From a virus, in the IMG/VR virus record IMGVR_UViG_3300025435_000016, positions 1 through 64,000 of that record: 64,000 nt of DNA; one strand, 5' to 3'. A program made the translations under genes and the position numbers. Positions 56,801-64,000 of the stretch are shown here, piece after piece. The notes beneath the pieces are model-generated. The model searched no databases and was not told the origin of the DNA. It saw only the letters and a list, made by a program, of their open reading frames with translations. The first letter of the stretch is position 1, and each line of letters begins with the position of its first letter.

Positions 56801-57893
56801 TAATTTATTAAATCTTAATACTAATGGTAATGTTGGTATTGGTGGTGTATCATCTCCAGGCTATCAATTAGATATTAATGCTGGTAATACTGGATCAACA
56901 GCAGGTAGTCAAACAAGTGGTATACGAATTTCTGTAACTGACGCGAACGTTGATCAACTATTAATAACAAATACAAGAGCAATTAACGGTAGTGATTGGG
57001 GCACAGCTGGGTGGAGAATACAGGAAAAAGTTGATGCTACTTGGATGAATTATATTCAATTAAATGCCGGAACTATTGGTTCGTCGACAAATGCGGGTAT
57101 TAGTTTTGGTACAGGGACTAGTACCGTTTCACCAATATCGATACCTGAAGTAATGCGTATTACTACTAGTGGTAATGTTGGCATCGGTACAACAAATCCT
57201 GGTGCTACATTGACTGTTAATGGTGCAATAAGTGCATCATTTGGTACCACTATCGGAACACTTACCGCTCAAAATCTAATAACAAACGGTAATGAGGTTG
57301 TATTCTCCGATGGTGTTGGTACAAATGATACAGGGAATGGAGCTAATACAGTCTCTCTTAATTATACAAACGGTACTTATGTAGGTCTTAGTGGATCAGG
57401 TCAGCTCTACGCATTAGGTGTACCGCGTTACACTTATCTGAATGCTCAAGCCACACCTATCGGCCCGGGTCTTGCAGCATTCTTTACAGCAGCGCCGACA
57501 GACTCGCTTTTCGGTGCCGGTGTTTATGAGATTGAAGCATTCTTAGTGTTTTTAAAAACGACAGCTGGTACTTTATCTGCTGTATTTAATGGAACATCTA
57601 GTTTTGCAGCTACTACCGAACTACATATCAATACAACTATAACACCGACAGGTTCGCTTCTTACAACTACGGTAGGTGAATCGTATGTGTCACAAAACAG
57701 TAACGGTAGTAATAATGCGCCTCTAGGTGTATCGGCAACACTAGCGAATGGTTCTTTTTATGGTGTGAGAATTAAAGCGTTATTACAAAATCTAACTGGT
57801 GCTACGAACAATGTTGGTATATACCTACTCCAAAGTGCTGGTACTTTGACACCGCAGAATGGTAGCTATAGAAAAATAACAAGAGTAGCATAA
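53808..57893 (+). CDS. long fibre protein
   Basis: SANWN repeats, GG-N repeats, GNVGIGTxxP repeats. Confidence 0.78.
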   Translation: MSIAATLSLNLPAITALCIGTRGSQIWSGYGPAATGASSFQVLSGDYYVDRNTGNYYGPYTTTWATSALFTLSFPQTAIPFTIYNSNSSLVVPVYNVNNTILSGSNYSIIFSGQTNTLSGSNLIIFGGLNNALTGSNSFVLGSNIIAGSAIDFTFVNNLSSTNNIFASNNITALNSVFVNGGNSNQWNNSYTTVKNTSANWSNVFTSVNNTSANWNNSYSTLTANSGTWVTYTALTNVSGNWQNTYTNVNSNSANWNSSYSTLTANSGTWVTYTALTNVSGNWQNTYTNVNSNSANWNSTYTTVTGNSATWYNTYTTVQTYSAGWSSVTSASAATYTLNTNNSLLPIKGSNTAFGTYSNIGGGTNNANCANCSVIGGGAYNATYTGNAYASIGGGLGLSAYGNFSHIGGGQNNCISTGGGSSSILGGNSNCVSGLGSTVVGGMSNSASGVYSYVAGGSGNTVTANNAFILGNNITATNPNTTYINNLSATANAYIGGKIGVGTTTATSTLAIAGLGQSYNNAPGLPLSSINTSGSLGNAITVGDTGTAVGNGGTILFQANAAPAGAGPAPWNFAAIHGNVTNGGGNSQGDIGFYTRTSSTDAVLSGIPLYILGGANFVGIGTQTPNVALTVVGAISATGSITTKSSATVGNGLTVSSGTASLQGGATVSSGLTVSTGGLTVSNGTASLPQTTTSGITSNAASYFNGNVGIFKSNPAYPLDVVGSIQIAGGNAVTGSTGTFYANDQSTTGYAAISRNAGITNFYDSVYGTGSPIISYTTTGSVGIKGSPGTGVTFDVTGNTRSSTGYLIGTNGGTSGHYLYDAGAGSIGLRAYGPGGTTYFSFNSSGTFSASNGGGYFNGNVGIGTPSPSSPLHVFNTLGAGGNVAPSLTYGSAATTIINAGYQDIAFGSANTASPYAAWLQTRTNLNNAGVFSINPLGGSVGIGTLTPNSTLSVNGTISASSALGMYSNNLLLQGDGSNAYIRPTNNGGSLYLGPYNNNLLNLNTNGNVGIGGVSSPGYQLDINAGNTGSTAGSQTSGIRISVTDANVDQLLITNTRAINGSDWGTAGWRIQEKVDATWMNYIQLNAGTIGSSTNAGISFGTGTSTVSPISIPEVMRITTSGNVGIGTTNPGATLTVNGAISASFGTTIGTLTAQNLITNGNEVVFSDGVGTNDTGNGANTVSLNYTNGTYVGLSGSGQLYALGVPRYTYLNAQATPIGPGLAAFFTAAPTDSLFGAGVYEIEAFLVFLKTTAGTLSAVFNGTSSFAATTELHINTTITPTGSLLTTTVGESYVSQNSNGSNNAPLGVSATLANGSFYGVRIKALLQNLTGATNNVGIYLLQSAGTLTPQNGSYRKITRVA
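54444..54689 (+). repeat. in-frame tandem duplication, 2 x 123 bp (41 aa)
   Basis: ANWNxSYSTLTANSGTWVTYTALTNVSGNWQNTYTNVNSNS twice. Confidence 0.85.
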
Positions 57894-57906
57894 GTTATAT
57901 TATACT

Positions 57907-59847
57907 ATGCCTGGTAAAATATTAAATTTCCTATCTGTAGCACCGACTCTAGATGGGATAACATATGATTTAACTCAAGGGGATCCGTTTCATTTTTATC
58001 AACCCTCTGGTTCACCTCCTACTTATATTCAACCGGGATTTACGTCCTTTGCTTTTGGAAGCGCTAATAAAGGGTTTATACCTTCTTATTTTGTACCTGG
58101 TGGTGATGACGGTATGCCGTATCCCTATCTTCGTTTAAATAATGATCCATCTGGTAATGGATCTTCACCGTACGGTGCTGGGAGTGATTTGGTTGGGTTC
58201 GATTTACCTGTGGTGCAACCTAGTTCTGATAGTTATACAATGAGTTTAGCTACAGATTTTAGATTTTATCAAAATGCTGGTGATGCGGACATGCTAGGAT
58301 TGTATTTACTCGATACTTCCTATCACGGTAATTCCGGTCCAATGAATAATACAACTTATAATTGGTTTGATGCTACAGGTGGCAATTATTCGCATGGGTA
58401 TAGTACAGCATCATGTGTACCGGCCTCTATAACAGTAGCTCTTCAAACTTATTATGCACCGGGTATATTTGTTTATTATAAGGATAAAAATAATAATGTT
58501 GTTACATTACTCGCTACTGCTGTTCCTTCATCTCTTTTTCCCTTTAGTATACTCGATGGTTCATCTCATAGATTTTTAGCTAATTTTGTAATAAGTGGAA
58601 CTACATTAACAACATATATATCAGTCATTCGATATGTATATGGGACCCAAGCTAATACAAATAGTATAACAAATAATTACTGGAATAAGGTTACCCCTAC
58701 TGTGTATACAGCTTATAATGTCGTAACAAATAGCGCTATAAGTGCTTTTTCTCCTCGTCTTATGGTTGGTGGATGGTCAGGAAGCGGATACTGGGATACA
58801 AAAGATATTAGTAACGTGTCATTTAGTGTTAATAAACAATTAAACACATCAAAGACTAGATTTTTAACAAATAAAAAAACTAGCACATACGGCACCTCGA
58901 GTACAAAAATTATTAGTAACAATTCTTCGAGAATACCATCAAATACTCTTATTACACTGCAAGCCATTGCTGCTGGAGGAGGGGGAGGTGGCGGAGCAGG
59001 TGTCGGTGGTGGTGGAGGAGCTGGCGGATTTATACGAAAGATTTACAGCGGTCTTAAACCAGGTCAAGTGATTCCAATAGCTGTCGGTGCAGGTGGAGCC
59101 AGTGGTACCGGAACTGGTTCTACCGGTGGTACGACACGTGTTTTTGATCTATCAGCTTTTGGTGGCGGCGGAGGCGGAAGTACACAGGGTCCAACAATTT
59201 CCGGTCTTGCGGGTTCATCAGGAGGCGGCGCTGGGCCTGGTCTCTATACGATTGGGCAGAATTTTTACGTATATCAAGGAGGAAGTGCTATACCGTATCT
59301 CAATTACGAATATCAAGTAGGTGGTAACGGTGGTCAAGGTGCCTTCGGTAATCCTCAATCCGGTGGCGGAGGCGGTGGTTGGTACGGACCAGGAGGCAGT
59401 GGTACTACTTCTAGGGGCGGGGCAGGTGGCAATGCATATCCGTTTTTACAGGATCTCTATAATGAGTTTAATTTCGACGGTCTCGGTGGTGGCGGCGGCG
59501 GTGGTGGATCGTACAATGGCAATCTTGCCGCTGACGGCGGAAGTAGTCAGGGCGGTGGTGGTGGCGGTGGTGGTGTTAATATAAGTATTCCTCTCTTTGG
59601 TAGTACCGCTGTTATTACACCGTATGGCGCCGGTAACGGTATTCAAAATACATCAGGAGGAGGCGGTGGTGGTGCTGGTTATACTGGATACACTACAGGT
59701 GGTAACGGTGGTTCGGGATTTGCTTGTATTATTGTACCTACGGTACAGTATTCTGGTGTATATACGGGGACACCAACTATATCACAAAGCAGTGATGGTG
59801 TATATACGATGTTATTGTTTAGATCTCTTGGATCCTATACAACATAG
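57907..59847 (+). CDS. lectin-like domain fused to glycine-rich adhesin domain
   Basis: poly-Gly C-half ending GNGGSGFACI. Confidence 0.65.
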   Translation: MPGKILNFLSVAPTLDGITYDLTQGDPFHFYQPSGSPPTYIQPGFTSFAFGSANKGFIPSYFVPGGDDGMPYPYLRLNNDPSGNGSSPYGAGSDLVGFDLPVVQPSSDSYTMSLATDFRFYQNAGDADMLGLYLLDTSYHGNSGPMNNTTYNWFDATGGNYSHGYSTASCVPASITVALQTYYAPGIFVYYKDKNNNVVTLLATAVPSSLFPFSILDGSSHRFLANFVISGTTLTTYISVIRYVYGTQANTNSITNNYWNKVTPTVYTAYNVVTNSAISAFSPRLMVGGWSGSGYWDTKDISNVSFSVNKQLNTSKTRFLTNKKTSTYGTSSTKIISNNSSRIPSNTLITLQAIAAGGGGGGGAGVGGGGGAGGFIRKIYSGLKPGQVIPIAVGAGGASGTGTGSTGGTTRVFDLSAFGGGGGGSTQGPTISGLAGSSGGGAGPGLYTIGQNFYVYQGGSAIPYLNYEYQVGGNGGQGAFGNPQSGGGGGGWYGPGGSGTTSRGGAGGNAYPFLQDLYNEFNFDGLGGGGGGGGSYNGNLAADGGSSQGGGGGGGGVNISIPLFGSTAVITPYGAGNGIQNTSGGGGGGAGYTGYTTGGNGGSGFACIIVPTVQYSGVYTGTPTISQSSDGVYTMLLFRSLGSYTT

Positions 59848-59864
59848 AGATAATTATATAATAT

Positions 59865-60230
59865 ATGAGTCATTTTGCCCAGGTTATAGACGGTGTCGTT
59901 CAGCAGGTGATAGTTGCCGAACAGGATCAAATTGATCTATTAATGTCTGATCCAGAAAATTGGATACAAACATCTTATAATACATTAGGTAATGTTCACC
60001 TATTATCAGCTGACGGTGGTATTGCATTGAGAGGTAATTTTGCCGGTATTGGTTATATCTATGATAAAGATTTAGATGTCTTTTACCCGCCATCTCCCGG
60101 TTCTAAGTATATTTTAGATACAGAGACATATACATGGAAAAAGAACGTAACTCCATTATATCCGCATCCTAATGATGGACATCAATATGAATGGAATGAT
60201 GAAACAAATACCTGGACATTTATACAATAA
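59865..60230 (+). CDS. partner of Gly-rich fibre (possible assembly chaperone)
   Basis: MSHFAQV; WIQTSYN; RGNFAGIGY; YEWNDE. Confidence 0.6.
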   Translation: MSHFAQVIDGVVQQVIVAEQDQIDLLMSDPENWIQTSYNTLGNVHLLSADGGIALRGNFAGIGYIYDKDLDVFYPPSPGSKYILDTETYTWKKNVTPLYPHPNDGHQYEWNDETNTWTFIQ

Positions 60231-60271
60231 AGGTATCTTGTAGTTAAAAAACTTTCCATTAAATAATTACT

Positions 60272-61681
60272 GTGAAGTCCTATACAGTAACTTTATCTTC
60301 ATCTCAACCCTTTGCATCTCCTGTTGTTCTAGATCACTATCTATTTTTAGATCCTACATCGGGATCAAATTTCGTGTACCCAAATTCTGCTTGGGGTACA
60401 GATTATTTTTATACGTCTGGTGTACCAACGGTTACAGCAAATGGAGATATCTTTACACCTTGGGGATACCAAGTTCAAGACATTTATATAAACTATAGTG
60501 TAGGTCCGCTTAAGGGTCCGTATACAGTTAATTTTTCACCTACTACACTCGATATAAGTACTTACGCAATATCTGAAATTAATTATAATTTTGGTGACGG
60601 TAGCCCAGAGGTATCGATAACACGTAATCTAAACCCCACATATACGCAAGGTCAAGCACTCAGCGCTGTCCCGGATCCAAACTCTGTAATTGTTAGTAAT
60701 AACTATTACCCGTTAAGCAATATTGGATTAACCCTTTACTACCCATCGGTTACGGCAATTTATAGTAATCTCTCTAGATACATCTTTAACATAACGTTAT
60801 CTTCTGTTCCTACCTCTATATACGACTTTACAGATATTCATCTTATTAACAGTACCCAACAATTATCCTCTACGGAAACGCAAAATATCTTTGAGATTGA
60901 GAATCCAAATTATTTGACTGTAAGTAGGGTTCTTAGCACATCTATTCCCGTCTATACTCCTGCTGTTCCATTCTATCCTACTTCACTTAGTGGTTTAGCT
61001 CTATGGTTAGATGCATCTGACGCGCTAACAGTGTTTAGACAAAATATTAAAAACATAAGTTATGTAGTAGCATGGAATGATAAGAGCGGAAACGGTAATA
61101 ACTTCATTGCATATAACAATCCAACTTACAAATACCCAAGACAGAGTCTAGGGTTAAGAAGTATAGAACTTGCAGGGGGTTCATATTTTAGTATACCTTC
61201 TCTTTCAAGCTCATCACTCGGTCAGGGGTATTCTTTATTTGTAATTGCAAGAATGAGAACACCAGGTGGTACTCTATTCTCAAACGATATTAATACTAAT
61301 ACTTCTAATATTAATGTATCTATTAGTGGTGTTGCTCCGTATGCGCTTGTAGTAAAACAAGGTAGTTCAACACCAAGTACAGTAATTAGTAATATTTCTT
61401 ACAACCTCTCCGGTTATAGTCTATTTTCAACAACATTAAATAACGCAAATGCGTATATTACAGCAGATTCATTAATCATTCAACGTGCTAATCAAAACTA
61501 TGTATATTTTCCGAATAATACATCAACTGCCTATATTGGTTCAGATAGTAATGGTAATTCACTAGCGGGTACGTACATTTCAGAAGTTATATTATATAAC
61601 ACCCCGCTTACCCCGACACAGGTACAAGCTGTAGAACAGTATCTTATCAATAAATGGAGCTTAACACTCCAAACAAACTAG
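60272..61681 (+). CDS. PKD-like plus LamG/ConA-like virion protein
   Basis: NFGDGS; LWLDASD..WNDKSGNGN; ISEVILYN..YLINKW. Confidence 0.7.
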   Translation: MKSYTVTLSSSQPFASPVVLDHYLFLDPTSGSNFVYPNSAWGTDYFYTSGVPTVTANGDIFTPWGYQVQDIYINYSVGPLKGPYTVNFSPTTLDISTYAISEINYNFGDGSPEVSITRNLNPTYTQGQALSAVPDPNSVIVSNNYYPLSNIGLTLYYPSVTAIYSNLSRYIFNITLSSVPTSIYDFTDIHLINSTQQLSSTETQNIFEIENPNYLTVSRVLSTSIPVYTPAVPFYPTSLSGLALWLDASDALTVFRQNIKNISYVVAWNDKSGNGNNFIAYNNPTYKYPRQSLGLRSIELAGGSYFSIPSLSSSSLGQGYSLFVIARMRTPGGTLFSNDINTNTSNINVSISGVAPYALVVKQGSSTPSTVISNISYNLSGYSLFSTTLNNANAYITADSLIIQRANQNYVYFPNNTSTAYIGSDSNGNSLAGTYISEVILYNTPLTPTQVQAVEQYLINKWSLTLQTN

Positions 61682-61712
61682 TGTACGCTTAGAAGCGTTA
61701 ATAAATAAAGAC

Positions 61713-64000
61713 ATGGAGGTTATTTCTCTTAATTCAGCTAATTTTATCGGCCTATCGTCGAATTATAGTCCTGATTCTTCTCTATCTTTTAATCAGCAAA
61801 TTTATTACACTGAACAAGGTACAGCTTTTCCTGTCTCACAAGCTCTAATGCTGCCTAACGATAGCTCAACTAATAATTATTCTAATCTTTTCTTAACCTC
61901 ACTACAGCCCCTATCCAGTGTTGTATCTATCAATAATTTACAGCCAATAACCGATGATGGGTTCACCACATACCTTGCTCTTTACAGCTTAAACGGCATT
62001 AATCCGTCTACATCCTTATTTATGAACGTACAGGAACCTGCAAATGCAGTGTCTGTCGCTAATATTTCACTCTCAAGTAACGTACTTAGTAATATTGATA
62101 ACACATATATGTTCACTATTAAATTCTATAGTGATGTACTGTGTAAGGTTGAGCATGTTAATGCATATGTTACCCGGTATCTAACAATTGGTTCAGATGC
62201 ATCGTTGTATTTTGCGTTCGATACAGGTACCGATTATCTTGGTGACCGTAGTCCACAATTATTCAATTATACCTACGACCGTATTAACAACTGCATTGTT
62301 TTTTCAAAGAGATTACAGGATATCTCATATACTATTGCTAATACTAGTTCCGGTCTTGCAGCGATACAAATAAGTACTGGTCCTTATCCTTATCTACCTA
62401 GCTCTATTTGGTCATGTGCCTTAAGACCGCAAGAGCCAAACGATACTCTTCTCTACGATCCCTGGGTAAGCTATAATAAGAATACTGCAACTAATACACA
62501 AGACATTAACCTTAGTAGAACGGTTTCAAATATTAATTCTAATCTACTAATTAATAGTCAATACCTTTCTTTAACTGGTACTGCTCTTGACGTAAACGCG
62601 TTATCCTTAAAAAATACAAACACACCTGAAAATTATCAATCAAGAAATAATCCGTTTCAAGCAAATAAGTCACAGTTTTTATCGGAAAATGAAGTAGAGT
62701 TTAGAGATTATAAAAGACTCTTTACTGGGTCCAATCAAGCTCTCGGTAACGATAATATTACAATGGGGTATGAAGCATATACAACGGATATAGTCTTACC
62801 TAAAGATGCTGTAACATATTTTCACGTTCCACAAATTATCTACCCATTTAAAGAAATTAATATTAATGACTCTGGCTTGATACAAGCTGGAGCTATAGCA
62901 GGTGATCACCCGGTAAAATCGGATAAAATCTTTAAAAAACTCGCTGATGCTAAATATACTTCACCATTTGGCAGTGCCACAGATAATGAATTAAATGGTT
63001 CGTTCCTATGTAGCTGGCTTTCTGGTAGTTCTGATATTACCGTAGCTCCTATTTGGGTTGATAGGTACTATAACCCGTCAAAAGTGACATTCATAACTGC
63101 CCTTACAACCCGTTCCTTACACGCAAATACATATAGCACTGTTTTCGATGGGTTTGTTCAAGCTGCTGGTACACCGCCAAGTACTGATGAAGTGTTTGAC
63201 GTTCCCTCTGATCTTACTTTTGAACCGGGGTGTTATTATGCTTATCATCACTACGGTCCGAGTGACGTTCAAAAGTATATTGATATCTTTACCCCATATC
63301 TCATAGAGCAAGATTTTCCAAATTATTATTCAAGTCTTTCAAACTCAAGTCTGCAACAGCCGCTAACTAATGAATACGATTTTAGTGATGGTACAAAATA
63401 CGCTATAACGAATTCATTGTCTAGTATCCAGGACACAAATCAATTTACAATGTGTTTTGATTTACATAATAGTGATTGGTCAAAACCGTTTGGTAGTCAA
63501 GTTATCGGTAATCTATTAAACGACGGATTCGGTATCTTTAATGAAAATATTAATACACCGACCATATTTGTACGATCAATATCCGGTACGTCGGCAGGTC
63601 TTACTATTTTAAATACGGATTTTACAACACTTAAATCTGTGATATACCCATCCACCTACCAACCGTTAGCTTATATTAGAGGTCGATTTGGTAGTAACTA
63701 CTCAGCTATTTTTAGCGATAATAACGTAAGACAATATTCTTGCGATGATAAACTATTAAGACAGACATATTCACCATATCTCTCTACATATACTTCGTAT
63801 ACAAATACAGATAGTACAGCTTATATTATATGTTCAGGGGCATCACAGTTTACACTTCTTTCTCTGGATTTAGTTAGTAATATCATAACTAGAATTACAA
63901 ATGCACAGAATTTCTATTATGCGCCAAATACAGCAGGTAATAATGCAACAACAATAAACTATTATAATAGTGGATTCTATTTTACAAACGGCACTATATC
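61713..64000 (+). CDS. large putative structural protein, truncated by window end (not in ORF track)
   Basis: ATG after AATAAATA; MEVISLNSANF...; no stop in the ~200 codons read by hand. Confidence 0.65.
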   Translation, partial: MEVISLNSANFIGLSSNYSPDSSLSFNQQIYYTEQGTAFPVSQALMLPNDSSTNNYSNLFLTSLQPLSSVVSINNLQPITDDGFTTYLALYSLNGINPSTSLFMNVQEPANAVSVANISLSSNVLSNIDNTYMFTIKFYSDVLCKVEHVNAYVTRYLTIGSDASLYFAFDTGTDYLGDRSPQLFNYTYDRINNCIVFSKRLQDISYTIANTSSGLAAIQISTGPYPYLPSSIWSCALRPQEPNDTLLYDPWVSYNKNTATNTQDINLSRTVSNINSNLLINSQYLSLTGTALDVNALSLKNTNTPENYQSRNNPFQANKSQFLSENEVEFRDYKRLFTGSNQALGNDNITMGYEAYTTDIVLPKDAVTYFHVPQIIYPFKEININDSGLIQAGAIAGDHPVKSDKIFKKLADAKYTSPFGSATDNELNGSFLCSWLSGSSDITVAPIWVDRYYNPSKVTFITALTTRSLHANTYSTVFDGFVQAAGTPPSTDEVFDVPSDLTFEPGCYYAYHHYGPSDVQKYIDIFTPYLIEQDFPNYYSSLSNSSLQQPLTNEYDFSDGTKYAITNSLSSIQDTNQFTMCFDLHNSDWSKPFGSQVIGNLLNDGFGIFNENINTPTIFVRSISGTSAGLTILNTDFTTLKSVIYPSTYQPLAYIRGRFGSNYSAIFSDNNVRQYSCDDKLLRQTYSPYLSTYTSYTNTDSTAYIICSGASQFTLLSLDLVSNIITRITNAQNFYYAPNTAGNNATTINYYNSGFYFTNGTI

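Noticed and set aside
1-64000. CRISPR array or rRNA
   Set aside because: No regularly spaced non-coding direct repeats and no rRNA-like sequence; all long direct repeats seen are in-frame coding

Overview
AT-rich 64-kb segment of a large tailed dsDNA phage with T4-like late transcription (TAAATA boxes just upstream of virion genes); no capsid, terminase or polymerase gene falls in the window. The host is tentatively Verrucomicrobia/PVC, inferred only from the look of the phage bS21. Two + strand blocks (3.4-18.5 kb and 47.4-64 kb) encode very large mosaic fibre/adhesin proteins, and a glycosyltransferase plus sulfotransferase pair follows the first block. The - strand middle holds nrdA/nrdB, dCMP deaminase, Hsp20, a RadA-like ATPase, a DksA/TraR zinc finger, ribosomal protein bS21, HNH nucleases and nine tRNAs, several non-canonical. 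The standout is a 1.5-kb RNA-only operon at 36.1-37.7 kb that the ORF track does not explain. It contains a tmRNA split in its T-loop by a 206-nt group I intron and encoding a 35-codon tag, two tRNAs, two or three unidentified structured RNAs, duplicated boxA-like leaders and a terminator. All calls are by eye; no searches or folding programs were run.
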